From positions 1 to 53,933 of the forward strand of contig JBGFSC010000038.1 of the NCBI GenBank assembly GCA_041694815.1: a DNA stretch of 53,933 bases. The letters are read 5' to 3'. This document shows positions 8,815 through 18,369 of the stretch, piece after piece. Made by a program: the position numbers and the translations under genes. The first letter of the stretch is position 1. Every line of letters begins with the position of its first letter. The stretch is from Elusimicrobiota bacterium (GTDB lineage: Bacteria > Elusimicrobiota > Elusimicrobia > UBA1565 > JACRDR01). The notes under the pieces are model-generated. The model was not told the DNA's origin. It did no database searches and saw only the letters and a program-made list of their open reading frames with translations.

Positions 8815-10125
8815 TTGACGCCGCCGAAGCTCGCCCGCCGGCTGGGGCTGGCCGCGCTGATCTTCTACGGCGTCGGCGACATACTCGGCGCCGGCATCTA
8901 CGCCCTGGTCGGAAAGGTGGCGCAGGAGGCCGGCACCGCGGCGTGGCTGTCCTTTCTCGCTTCCGCCGCGCTTGCGGCCGTCACGGGCCTGGCCTACGCG
9001 GAGCTAAGCTCCCGCGTGCCGACGAGCGCCGGCGCCGCCGCTTTTTGCGCCCGGGCCTTCCCCAACCCGCTCCTTGCCCATCTCGTAGGGTTCTTCGTGC
9101 TCATGAGCGGCGTCACCTCCACGGCGACGGTGTCGTTGGCCTTCTACGGCTACCTGCGGGTCTTCCTGGAGATGCCGCAGCTGCCCGCGGCGATGGGCCT
9201 TATCGCGCTGATGGGCCTCTTGGCCTTTCTCGGCATACGCGAGTCGGTCAACGCGAGCAATGCCTTGACCCTCTTCGAGGTCTCGGGGCTTCTGCTCGTC
9301 GCCTCGCTGGGGCTCGGCTACGCCTTCCAGCGCCCCGCCGCCGAGCTGCTCGAGCGCGTGATCCCGGACGCGGGCCCCTTGGCCGTGCTCTCGGGGGCAG
9401 CCCTGGCCTTCTACAGCTTCATCGGCTTCGAGGACTTAGCCAACCTCTCCGAGGAGGCCAAGGACCCGGTGCGCGACATCCCGCGGGCGATCCTGGTCGC
9501 GGTGGCCGTGTCGACGAGCTTGTACCTCGCCGTCGTCTTCGTCGTGCTGTGGACCATGACTCCCGCCCAAGCAGCCGCCTCGCCCCGCCCGCTCTTGGAC
9601 GTGGCCAAGATCGCCGGCTTTCCCCTGCCGGACTGGACCTTCGCCGGTATCGCGTTGTTTGCCGTCTGCAACACCGGCTTGGCCAACTTCATCATGGCCT
9701 CGCGCCTTCTCTACGGAATGGCCGACCAGGGCTTGGCTCCCCGAGCCCTGGCGCGGGTGCACGCGACGCGACGCACCCCTTGGGTGGCGGTGCTCGCGGC
9801 GATGGGGATCACGATGGCCTTGGTCCTGACAGCGGGAGAGAAAGGGGTGGCGACGCTGGCGAGGACCACCGCCCTGCTGCTCATGGTGGCATTCCTGGCC
9901 GCGCACGCGAGCCTCATCCGCATCCGGGGATCGGAGCCCGCCGGACCGGGGGTGTTCCAGGCGCCGCGCTGGACGCCTTACGCGGGCATCGCGGTATGCC
10001 TGCTGCTGCTCTCGCAGGCCTCCCGGGAGGCCTACGCGCGCGCCTTCTGGACACTGCTCGTCGGCCTGGCCCTCTACCGGCTGCTGCGCCCGCTCAGGGA
10101 CGCGGGCGCCGCCCCCGCTCGATGA
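8815..10125 (+). CDS. APC-family amino acid permease
   Basis: Motifs GDILGAGIY, YAELSSR, FIGFEDLANLSEE; about 12 TM segments. Confidence 0.9.
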   Translation: MTPPKLARRLGLAALIFYGVGDILGAGIYALVGKVAQEAGTAAWLSFLASAALAAVTGLAYAELSSRVPTSAGAAAFCARAFPNPLLAHLVGFFVLMSGVTSTATVSLAFYGYLRVFLEMPQLPAAMGLIALMGLLAFLGIRESVNASNALTLFEVSGLLLVASLGLGYAFQRPAAELLERVIPDAGPLAVLSGAALAFYSFIGFEDLANLSEEAKDPVRDIPRAILVAVAVSTSLYLAVVFVVLWTMTPAQAAASPRPLLDVAKIAGFPLPDWTFAGIALFAVCNTGLANFIMASRLLYGMADQGLAPRALARVHATRRTPWVAVLAAMGITMALVLTAGEKGVATLARTTALLLMVAFLAAHASLIRIRGSEPAGPGVFQAPRWTPYAGIAVCLLLLSQASREAYARAFWTLLVGLALYRLLRPLRDAGAAPAR

Positions 10126-11452
10126 AGACGGGGGCGAGCGCCCCGCCGCGCGCGACATTAACGATCGGCCCGGGATTGACGCGCCCGTAGAAACCGATCC
10201 GGCTGCCGCCGCAGAACACTCCCAGCGAACGGTAGAACTTACCCGAATAGACGCGCCCGCGGCGCACGACGGACGCCGTCATGCGGGAGGTCTCGCGGCG
10301 CTCCTGCACGACCCAGGATCCCGGCCGTCGGCACGCCTCGCCCAGCAACCGCTCCCACCGGGAGATGTTCGCGCCGCCTAGATGCACGCCCTCCCCGCCG
10401 CAGCTCCGGTTGGGTTTAAGCACCCAGCGGGAGGGGTCGCGCCTTAAAAACGGCAGCAGGTCGACCTTGCCCCCATGCGGCCCCTCCGTGCGCCGCTCGT
10501 AGACGGCGCGGGTCCATGGCACGCAACGCTTAAGCAGCCGGGACTCCGAACGGGAAAAGAGCCTCTCGAAGCGGCTCGAGCTCAGGCATTCGAGCATCCC
10601 CTTGTGGTCGAACTCCGCCGCCGGCCCCGGGACGACGAGGCCGCGCCGGGCCATGGACTCGAAAGCGGCGATCGAACGGCTGCCGGGAGGCGGCAGCTCC
10701 TTGAGGCTGATGTCCCTAAAGAGCCGCTCGATGCGCTCTCCGCGCAGCGTGAAGCCGCCGCCGCGCGCGCGCAGCTCCTCCGGCCTCCCCCAGACGCCAA
10801 GCAGCCCGCGTCGGCCCAAGGCCTCCGCCAGGCGAGGCATCTCCGTGTCCCCCGGCCCGAAGGGCGGCGCCTCGACGAAGCCGATGCGCCGCGCCCCTCC
10901 GCAGGAGTCTCGCAGCCAGCGGTGGAAGAAATCCACGAGCCCGGGCGAGTCCGCGAGCCCCTCGAGCCCCCCTCCGCCGACGACCGGGGCGACGAGTTCG
11001 CGGAAGAGGCTCACGGCACAATCATGGTAATGGAACCCGGCCACGCCCGTCGCGTTCGTCTCGAAAAGAACGGGGGTCCAGTCCCGTTCGAAGCCCACGT
11101 CGATGCGCAGCAGCATGCGGGCCGCGGGGGTCTCCCGCGGCAGGGCGTCGAGCCACTGCCGGGACCTAGGCTCCAGCCCGCAGGCCATGATGAGCTCCGG
11201 GACGCCCTCACGGTAGAGCCTGGGGACGGCCAGGTGCAGGCGCAGCACGACACGAGCCAAGGCCGCCGCCTCGCGGGCGGCTCCGTGGGGAAGCACGAAG
11301 GGCGTCAGGGCTAGGGGGTGGGGGATCGGCGGGCGGCCCGGGCGCTGGCGGTACATGAAGCCCAGGCTTCGGCTGCGCGACTCGAGGGCCCGGACCAGGG
11401 GGCCGAGCGCGCGCCGGGCAGGCAAGGGCGGCGTGGCGCGTGGCGTTGACAC
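10094..11452 (-). CDS. Circularly permuted ATP-grasp / glutathionylspermidine-synthase-like ligase
   Basis: Motifs LLRID...LFETN, WVLKPNRSCGGEGV, WVVQE, VNVARGG. Confidence 0.75.
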   Translation of the reverse strand: MSTPRATPPLPARRALGPLVRALESRSRSLGFMYRQRPGRPPIPHPLALTPFVLPHGAAREAAALARVVLRLHLAVPRLYREGVPELIMACGLEPRSRQWLDALPRETPAARMLLRIDVGFERDWTPVLFETNATGVAGFHYHDCAVSLFRELVAPVVGGGGLEGLADSPGLVDFFHRWLRDSCGGARRIGFVEAPPFGPGDTEMPRLAEALGRRGLLGVWGRPEELRARGGGFTLRGERIERLFRDISLKELPPPGSRSIAAFESMARRGLVVPGPAAEFDHKGMLECLSSSRFERLFSRSESRLLKRCVPWTRAVYERRTEGPHGGKVDLLPFLRRDPSRWVLKPNRSCGGEGVHLGGANISRWERLLGEACRRPGSWVVQERRETSRMTASVVRRGRVYSGKFYRSLGVFCGGSRIGFYGRVNPGPIVNVARGGALAPVFIERGRRPRP

Positions 11453-11485
11453 GGCCGATATGCGGCATTATACTAAAGAGATCCC

Positions 11486-13195
11486 GTGAAATTGCTCCTA
11501 TTGAACGTCCCGTTGGGGTCCTACCCGACCACCGACGCGCCCGTGGCCATCACCCGCGTCATGGATAATCTCGACCCCTCGCTCGAGTGCGAGACCTCCT
11601 TCTACGACGCCTACCTGCAGCGCCCCAGCTTGGAGCAGATCCGCGAGCGCGTCGCCCTCGAGAAGCCTGACGTCATTGGCATCAGCGCGATCCTGACGCA
11701 TAACTACAGCTACGTCAAGAAGATGTCGCTGCACCTCAAGGAGCATTTCCCCCACGTAGTCCAGGTGCTCGGCGGGGAGATGGCCTCCATCGCCAACATC
11801 GTGGTCCGCCGCACGGCGGTGGACTTCTGCGTGACCGGGGAATCCGAGCCCAGCTTCAGCCTGCTGCTGCGCAAGCTCAAGGAGCTGCGCTTCGACACGA
11901 GCCGCCGCGAGGCCTTCAAGGATATTCCGGGCCTGGTCTTCCTCTATAATGGGGCCTCCTATTTCACGGGATACGCCCCCGGCAAGCGCGAGGTATTGCA
12001 GATCAATTATGGCATCGTCGAGCGCTTTACGAAGCTGGACCATTACCTCGAGCCGACCACCGGGCAGCGCTTCCGGCGGGGGTATAACAAGACGGAGATG
12101 GAGAATTTCTACGAACAGTTCCACCCCCAGAACCTCTCCAAGCGCATCGCCCAGGTATCGGCAAGCATCGGCTGCGTGGCCAAGTGCACCTTCTGCCACC
12201 GATTCTACAAGGGCTACACGGCCGCCGACCCCGAGTCGATCATCGCCTACATCGAGCACCTCATCGAGAGATACGACATCGGCACCGTGAATTTCTGGGA
12301 GGAGAACTTCGCCTCCGACAAGCAGGCCACCAAGCAGATCGTCGCCTATCTCAAGTCGCGCAAGCTCAATTGGGTGGCTGGGGCCACGAGGGTCAGCACG
12401 ATCAGCGACGCGATCATCGGGGAATGGAAGGAGGCCGGCTGCATCTCCATCGGCTTCGGCATCGAGACCGGGAGCCAGAAGATGCTCGACGTGATGGAAA
12501 AGAAGACCACCGTCGAGCAGAACCTCAACGCCCTGCGCTGGTGCTACAAGCACAACCTGGCCACGGGGGTGCTGGTGCTGCTCGGCATGCCCGGTGAGAC
12601 CCAGGAAACGGTCGACGAGACGATACGCAACCTCTCCAAGGCCCTGCCGGACGACGTCCGCATGCCCTTCGACATGTCAATCAACTACTTCCAGGCCATC
12701 GCGGGCACCCCCGGCTACGAATACGCCCGCAAGGTCGGGCTCATCGGCCCGACGCTCGACGACGAGGAGCGCTACCTCGAGGGACTCTACGACGTCGACG
12801 CCAGCGACATACGCCATTACCTAAATTTCACCGATTACGAGAAGGAGGAGGTCGCCTTCTGGCGCCGCTACGTGCTGCTGGAGATCGTCGTCGCCTACAT
12901 GCGCAAGCACGGCATATGGAACACCCTGCGCCACCGCAAGGCCCCCCGCTACCGCTACGCGCTGTTGTACATGTGCTTCCCGTTGCCCGTCCGCCGCTTC
13001 CTGCTCCAATACATGATCATCCTCTCGACCTTCGGCGTCGGGGGCCTGCTGGACCTGCTCCTCCGCAAGGCTCTGCGCCCCAGGAAGAAGTCCTTCTCGC
13101 AGGTCTCCGAATCCCTACGGAGGATAGTCCAGATGTCCCCCCTGGAAGTCCGGGAGGACGACCGACTCACCTTCAGCCTGCGCGCCGGGCGTTAG
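11486..13195 (+). CDS. B12-binding radical SAM protein
   Basis: N-terminal cobalamin-binding domain (PDVIGISA, VLGG, GESE), CVAKCTFC (CxxxCxxC), GIETGS, GMPGET. Confidence 0.92.
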   Translation: MKLLLLNVPLGSYPTTDAPVAITRVMDNLDPSLECETSFYDAYLQRPSLEQIRERVALEKPDVIGISAILTHNYSYVKKMSLHLKEHFPHVVQVLGGEMASIANIVVRRTAVDFCVTGESEPSFSLLLRKLKELRFDTSRREAFKDIPGLVFLYNGASYFTGYAPGKREVLQINYGIVERFTKLDHYLEPTTGQRFRRGYNKTEMENFYEQFHPQNLSKRIAQVSASIGCVAKCTFCHRFYKGYTAADPESIIAYIEHLIERYDIGTVNFWEENFASDKQATKQIVAYLKSRKLNWVAGATRVSTISDAIIGEWKEAGCISIGFGIETGSQKMLDVMEKKTTVEQNLNALRWCYKHNLATGVLVLLGMPGETQETVDETIRNLSKALPDDVRMPFDMSINYFQAIAGTPGYEYARKVGLIGPTLDDEERYLEGLYDVDASDIRHYLNFTDYEKEEVAFWRRYVLLEIVVAYMRKHGIWNTLRHRKAPRYRYALLYMCFPLPVRRFLLQYMIILSTFGVGGLLDLLLRKALRPRKKSFSQVSESLRRIVQMSPLEVREDDRLTFSLRAGR

Positions 13196-13205
13196 CCGTG
13201 CGCCC

Positions 13206-14306
13206 GTGTTAAATAAGTCCTGCCGTTTTGTTTGGGCGGCCTTCTTATCCGTGCTCACCGCGCTCTTGGCCGCCGAGCTATACCTTCGGCGGACCGTTCC
13301 CCAGGTGGTCCACGAGGCGGCCTGGCTGGCGCGGCGGCCGGCGGCAGTCGAGAGCGACTCCGGGCTCTTGGTGCGCGACACGCGCCGCGGCAAGCGCCTG
13401 GTCCCCAACGCCCGCGTGCTCGTGCGCAACCAGCACTGGTCCCACCGCGACGTTCTGCTGCGAACGAACTCGTTGGGGCTGCGCGACGAGGAACTCCCCG
13501 CCGACAAAAAACCCGGAGAGATCCGCATCCTGGTCCTGGGCGACTCGATCACGCTCGGCGACTCGATGCCCGCCGAGGAGGTGTTCCTCAAGCGGGCGCA
13601 GGCCCTGCTCGCGGGGCGCGGAGGCGAGGTCCGGCTGATTAACGCCGGCATCTCGGACGCGGGGCTGCAGGAGGAGATCGACATCCTCGAGGAGACGGTG
13701 GACGCCGTCCGACCCGACGCGGTGCTGGTGGCCTTCTACCTCAACGACAGCCGCCCGCCCTGGGGGTTCCCTTCGGAGCTGGGCGCCCCGGGATGGCTGC
13801 GCCGCCGCAGCGTGCTCGCCGACCAGCTATGGCGCCGGGCGGCCTTCGCTCGCTGGCTGGGCGCTCAAGGCAAGGACCGTTTCGAGTGGATCCACTGGGA
13901 CGGCCGCCTCGATTGGCGCCGGGACCGCGAGGACTTCCGCCAATTGGCGGCGCTCGCGCGCTACGACTGGGGAGCCGCCTGGCAGGGGGAGTCTTGGGAC
14001 GCCGTCGAGAGGGGGCTCGACCGGCTCGAGCGCCTTTCCAAACAACACGGCTTCCGCCTGGCCTTCGCGGCCTTCCCGGTCTATTTCCAGGTCTATGCCG
14101 AGTTCCTCGAAGACGAGCCGCAAAGGGAACTGGGCCGCCGCTTGGCTAAAAGGGGGATTCCCTACCTCGATCTGCTCCCGCTCTTTCGCCGCCACCGCGC
14201 CGCGCGGCTCTTCTTCGACCATTGCCATCCCTTGCCAGCCGCCAACGATCTCATCGGCCGCGAGTTGGCCGCGTTCTTAAAGAGCGAGCTGCTCAAGCGC
14301 GCCTAG
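13206..14306 (+). CDS. SGNH/GDSL hydrolase-like membrane-anchored protein
   Basis: N-terminal TM segment; motifs NSLGLRD, LGDSITLG, NAGIS, FYLND, DHCHP. Confidence 0.85.
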   Translation: MLNKSCRFVWAAFLSVLTALLAAELYLRRTVPQVVHEAAWLARRPAAVESDSGLLVRDTRRGKRLVPNARVLVRNQHWSHRDVLLRTNSLGLRDEELPADKKPGEIRILVLGDSITLGDSMPAEEVFLKRAQALLAGRGGEVRLINAGISDAGLQEEIDILEETVDAVRPDAVLVAFYLNDSRPPWGFPSELGAPGWLRRRSVLADQLWRRAAFARWLGAQGKDRFEWIHWDGRLDWRRDREDFRQLAALARYDWGAAWQGESWDAVERGLDRLERLSKQHGFRLAFAAFPVYFQVYAEFLEDEPQRELGRRLAKRGIPYLDLLPLFRRHRAARLFFDHCHPLPAANDLIGRELAAFLKSELLKRA

Positions 14307-14854
14307 CGGACCGGACAGGCGGAAGCGAAGCAGCGCGAGATGGCGAGGCTCGCCACGGTCCAGGCGAGCATGGCGTCGAGGACGTAGAGCAGGGTGAATC
14401 CCGCCGGGAACTTCCACCACACCCAGTTGGGCCCGGCCCCGAGCACGCCCACGCAGGTCCCGAAGAAGAAGCCGTAGAGGGCCGCCTGCCGGAGGGTCAG
14501 CCCCGGGATCTTGCCGAGTATCCAGGTCCACAGGAAGGCGCCGATCATCTGGAGCAGCAGGCCCATGGCCATCGAGCGCCCCATCGGCCCCCAGCCCGGC
14601 TTGTGGTAGGAGACGAACAGGAATGGATCGGTCGGCGCCCTTTGGCCCTCGGGATCGTTGGGGAGGACGTAGATCCCCGAGCGGGGGGCCGTCGCCTCGA
14701 CCGCGGAGACGACGGGGGCGGGGTCGGCGAAGGCCTGGATGGTCTTGTTATGGAACGGCAGCGCCATCCACGATACGGCGCTGATGGCGAAAACGACGCT
14801 TCCTCCAGCCAGCGCGCCCTTCCATGGAGAAAGGCAACGTTGCTCCGCGCTCAT
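14303..14854 (-). CDS. Multi-pass membrane protein of unknown function
   Basis: About 4-5 TM segments. ATGA overlap with the motB-like stop codon. Confidence 0.75.
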   Translation of the reverse strand: MSAEQRCLSPWKGALAGGSVVFAISAVSWMALPFHNKTIQAFADPAPVVSAVEATAPRSGIYVLPNDPEGQRAPTDPFLFVSYHKPGWGPMGRSMAMGLLLQMIGAFLWTWILGKIPGLTLRQAALYGFFFGTCVGVLGAGPNWVWWKFPAGFTLLYVLDAMLAWTVASLAISRCFASACPVR

Positions 14855-15486
14855 GTCCCAGTTTTCCTGCGTAGGATGTTGACCTCGATGCGCCGGTTGG
14901 CCGAGCGCCCCTCGGCGGTGGCGTTAGGGGCCACGGGCTGGAACTCGCCGTAGCCGAGGGCCGACAAACGCTCCGGGGGAAGCCCGGACTTGACGAGGAA
15001 CTCCAGCACCGAGAAGGCGCGAGCGGCCGAGAGCTCCCAATTGCTCTTGAAGGGTATGCGGGGGCCGAGGGGCACGTTATCGGTGTGGCCCTCGATCTGC
15101 ACCGGGTTCGGTATCTCCTTGAGCGCCTCGCTTAAGCGCTTAAGGTGCGACACGGCCTGCGGCTTGATGTTGGCGCGCCCCTCGTCGAAGAGCACCGGCT
15201 CCAAGAAGGAGAGCCGGATGCGCTCGTCGGTGACGCTCATCTTGGCGATCTGCTGGATACCCTTCTTGGAGAAGATCTCCTCGACCGCCTCGCCGGGCTT
15301 GCCGAATTGATTCTCCATGGCGGTCGCGCTGAATTGCCCCTGCACGCTCTTGGAGACGGTAAAGGCGAAGAGCAGCAGGAAGAAGATCATGAGGTAGCTC
15401 ATCACGTCGCCGTAGGTCACTGCCCAGATGGCGCCGCGGTTGAGTTGGTCCTCGAGGTCCTCTTCCCTCTCGATCCAGCGGCTCAA
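14851..15486 (-). CDS. motB: MotB-like stator subunit with OmpA-like peptidoglycan-binding domain
   Basis: TM segment WAVTYGDVMSYLMIFF with the conserved Asp; motifs IEGHTD, SNWELSAARA, NRRIEV. Confidence 0.85.
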   Translation of the reverse strand: MSRWIEREEDLEDQLNRGAIWAVTYGDVMSYLMIFFLLLFAFTVSKSVQGQFSATAMENQFGKPGEAVEEIFSKKGIQQIAKMSVTDERIRLSFLEPVLFDEGRANIKPQAVSHLKRLSEALKEIPNPVQIEGHTDNVPLGPRIPFKSNWELSAARAFSVLEFLVKSGLPPERLSALGYGEFQPVAPNATAEGRSANRRIEVNILRRKTGT

Positions 15487-16268
15487 GTGTTGGCGGCTCC
15501 CGGCGCGGCCAGCTGCGGGGTCGTCTGCTGGGAATAGGAGCCCAACTGCAGCTCCAGGAGGTAGAGAGACTCCGGCTGCATCAGCTCCAGCACCCCGACG
15601 ACGATCGCCTCCTGAACGCGCGTCTCCTGCACGGCCCGGGTCCGGATCTGGCCGGCGATGGGGATGCAGAAGAGGTTCGAGAAGGCGATGCCGTAGAGCG
15701 AGGCCGTGATCGCCAAGGCCATCGAGGGACCCACCTTGATGGGGTCGGTCATGTTGCGCAACACGAGGATGATGCCAAGCAGCGTCCCCAGCAGGCCGAA
15801 CATGGGGGCCAAGGTCCCCAGGGTGCGGAAGAAATTGGCGTCCTCCTGGGCGACGATGCGCGTCTGGCGTATCTCGGACTCGAGGATCTCGCGGGCCTTG
15901 ACTTGGTCATGCGCCGCGATGGCGACGATCAAGGCGCGGTTGAGGAAGCCCCCGGCGAACTCGCGCCCCTCGTTCTGCAGCGCGAGTATCCCCCCCTGGG
16001 TTTTGGCCACTTGCGCCAAACGCATGATCTCCGCGCTCACTTCCTGTAGGGAGGGCAGGGCCACCGGCAGCAGCAGGCCGCGCAGCACCGCGGCCGCCCG
16101 CACGAACTGGGAAACGGGGTAATTGACGAGGGCCGCGCAGAACACGCCCCCCAGGACCACGACGAGGCCGTGGGTGTTGAAGAAGACCCCGCCCAAGCCC
16201 ATGCTGTTGATCGTCCAACCGCCCAAGATCGCCGCCAGAACGAAACCCAGCACCGATAAGTTTTCCAT
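15483..16268 (-). CDS. motA: MotA-like stator subunit
   Basis: Motifs VVVLGG, APMFGLLGTLLGII, MALAITASLYG, PIAGQI. Confidence 0.85.
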   Translation of the reverse strand: MENLSVLGFVLAAILGGWTINSMGLGGVFFNTHGLVVVLGGVFCAALVNYPVSQFVRAAAVLRGLLLPVALPSLQEVSAEIMRLAQVAKTQGGILALQNEGREFAGGFLNRALIVAIAAHDQVKAREILESEIRQTRIVAQEDANFFRTLGTLAPMFGLLGTLLGIILVLRNMTDPIKVGPSMALAITASLYGIAFSNLFCIPIAGQIRTRAVQETRVQEAIVVGVLELMQPESLYLLELQLGSYSQQTTPQLAAPGAANT

Positions 16269-16273
16269 AGGTT

Positions 16274-16984
16274 TTATTTAGCAGTTTTGGGCCTGAAGAT
16301 ATAGCCGACCTTGACCACCGTCTCGATCGCCTCGCCGAATGCGCCCAGCTTGTGCCGCAGGTTTTGCACGTGCTTGTCGATCGTCCGAGACGAGATGTCG
16401 GGCGGCTGTCGCCACACCTCCTGGAGCAGTATCCCGCGGGTAATGATGCGGTTGGGATGACGGATGAGGTATTCCAACAGATCGAACTCCAGCTTGGTGA
16501 GCTGCACCCGTGAATTCGGCTTGAGCGTCACCGAGCGCTCGCTCAAATTCAGGGTAAGGGGGCCGACGACGAGCAGCTCGGGCTCGCTGGAGAGGAGCTC
16601 GCCGCCGCGCCGCAGCAGCGTCTGCACCCGCGCCAGGAACAGCTCGCCCTCGAGCGGTTTGGTCATGTACTCATCGGCGCCGTCGTTGAGCCCCTCGACC
16701 ACGCTGGGAGTCTGGGTCACCGACCCCGAGACGACAACCACGGGCACGCGGCTGGTCTCGGGGTTGCGCTTGATCACGCGCAAAAGCTCCAAGCCGTTCA
16801 TGCCGGGGAGGTTGACGTCGAGGACCACGAGGGACGGCTTGCTCTTGACGATGCCGTCGAGAAGTTTCCCTGCCGAAGCGTAGGAGGTGACCTTGTACCC
16901 CTGGCTGGAAAGCAATTGGTTTAAGAACTCGCAGAACTCGGGGTCGTCGTCGAGTACCGCTACGCTGGCAGGGCTAGAGGTCAT
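16274..16984 (-). CDS. OmpR/PhoB-family response regulator
   Basis: Receiver domain (LDDD, LDVNLPGMNG, GADEYMTKP) plus winged helix (LTKLEFDLL, RTIDKHV). Confidence 0.92.
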   Translation of the reverse strand: MTSSPASVAVLDDDPEFCEFLNQLLSSQGYKVTSYASAGKLLDGIVKSKPSLVVLDVNLPGMNGLELLRVIKRNPETSRVPVVVVSGSVTQTPSVVEGLNDGADEYMTKPLEGELFLARVQTLLRRGGELLSSEPELLVVGPLTLNLSERSVTLKPNSRVQLTKLEFDLLEYLIRHPNRIITRGILLQEVWRQPPDISSRTIDKHVQNLRHKLGAFGEAIETVVKVGYIFRPKTAK

Positions 16985-17004
16985 TTCAAAACCTACGATG
17001 GCCT

Positions 17005-17385
17005 CTAGGCACTTTTCAGTCCGCGCTCGACCCGCTTGAGGAGGTCGTCCTTGTCGAAGGGCTTGAGCACGTAGTCGGTGACGCCCGCCGCCAGGCCCTC
17101 GGAAACCGTGAGTATCTGGGAGCGCACCGTCAGCATGAGTATCGGGACGCCGCTTCCCTGGGTCCGTATCCGGCGCGTCACCTCGATGCCGTCCATGTCC
17201 GGCATGGAGAGGTCGACGATCAGGAGGTCGGGGCGTATGGAAGAAAACTGCTTGAGGCCCTCGGTGCCGTTAGGGGCCTGAAACACCGTATAGCCGGCGC
17301 GCTCCAAGACCACCTTGAGGATGGCCCGGAAATCCTCCTCGTCGTCGACGATCAGGATCACCGGCGTCTTCGCTGGTCCGCTCAT
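17005..17385 (-). CDS. Single-domain response regulator
   Basis: Motifs ILIVDDE, DLSMPDMDG, YVLKPF. Start taken at ATG 17385. Confidence 0.88.
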   Translation of the reverse strand: MSGPAKTPVILIVDDEEDFRAILKVVLERAGYTVFQAPNGTEGLKQFSSIRPDLLIVDLSMPDMDGIEVTRRIRTQGSGVPILMLTVRSQILTVSEGLAAGVTDYVLKPFDKDDLLKRVERGLKSA

Positions 17386-17518
17386 CGCAGGCAGCAAATT
17401 GTATCTATTATCCTGATGCACCTCAACAAGATACTCTGTCGTCGACGCCACCCGCGCCTGTTTTGACTTAAAGGAGACCAATCTGTTACATTTGAAAAAT
17501 TCCAGGAGGCAGCCCCCG

Positions 17519-18358
17519 ATGAAAAAAATTTTTTTGATTCTCGCGCTCCTGCCGCTTGCCGGCTGCGTCACGACGGGGCGCTTCAAGGCGCAGGAGGCGG
17601 AGGCGCTTTCCCAGAAGAAGCGGGCGGAAGAGCTCGAATCGGCCCTCAAGTCGGCCGGAGAGGCCGCGCAAAAGACCGAGCAGGAACTCAGGGCACAGGC
17701 GGCGGCGCTGCAGAAATCCAACAAGGAGCTGCAGGAGTCGCTGGAGGCCAAGAAGGGCGAGCTCTCCAAGAAGGTGGCCGAGCTGATCCGGGAGCGCGAC
17801 GGCCTGATCCAAAGAAACGACGAGAAGGAGGCCGAGCTCGCGGATCTCCGCAAAAAGCTGGCCGACGCCGAGGCCGCGAAGGCGGCGGAGCTGGCCCAGG
17901 TCAAGAAAAGCTACGACGAGCTGACGGCGGGACTCAAGTCGGAGATCGCCGCCGGTGAGATCCAGATCACCGAGCTCAAGGGCAAGCTCACGGTGAACTT
18001 AGTCGACCGCATCCTCTTCGATTCGGGGCAGGCCGAGGTCAAGCGGGACGGGCGCAAGGTGCTCGAGAAGGTGGGGCAGCTGCTCAACAACGTCCAGGAT
18101 AAGAACATCCGAATCGAGGGACACACCGACAACAAGCCCATCAGCGGCGATCTCAAGGCCCGCTACCCCAGCAACTGGGAATTATCGACCGCACGCGCCA
18201 CCGCGGTGGCGCGCCACCTGCAGGAGCACGCCGGCGTCGACGCGCGGCGGCTGGTGGCCGCCGGCTACGGCGAATACCGCCCCGTGGCCCCCAACGACAC
18301 GGCCGAGAGTCGGGCGCTCAATCGGCGCATCGAGATCATCCTCGTCCCGCGCGAATAG
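17519..18358 (+). CDS. OmpA/MotB-domain lipoprotein with long coiled coil
   Basis: Lipobox LAGC, heptad-rich E/K/A segment, then LFDSG, IEGHTD, NWELSTARA, NRRIEI. GGAGG SD. Confidence 0.88.
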   Translation: MKKIFLILALLPLAGCVTTGRFKAQEAEALSQKKRAEELESALKSAGEAAQKTEQELRAQAAALQKSNKELQESLEAKKGELSKKVAELIRERDGLIQRNDEKEAELADLRKKLADAEAAKAAELAQVKKSYDELTAGLKSEIAAGEIQITELKGKLTVNLVDRILFDSGQAEVKRDGRKVLEKVGQLLNNVQDKNIRIEGHTDNKPISGDLKARYPSNWELSTARATAVARHLQEHAGVDARRLVAAGYGEYRPVAPNDTAESRALNRRIEIILVPRE

Positions 18359-18369
18359 CGGATGAGAAG

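Noticed and set aside
8943..10190. Long alternative-frame and antisense ORFs (also 26567-27721, 33378-34691, 49248-50723, 11498-12553)
   Set aside because: These are Arg/Pro/Gly-rich shadows of well-supported genes, as expected in high-GC DNA.
14851..16268. Zorya anti-phage system (ZorAB)
   Set aside because: The MotA-like protein lacks the long ZorA cytoplasmic tail, and no zorC/D/E-like helicase or nuclease is adjacent.
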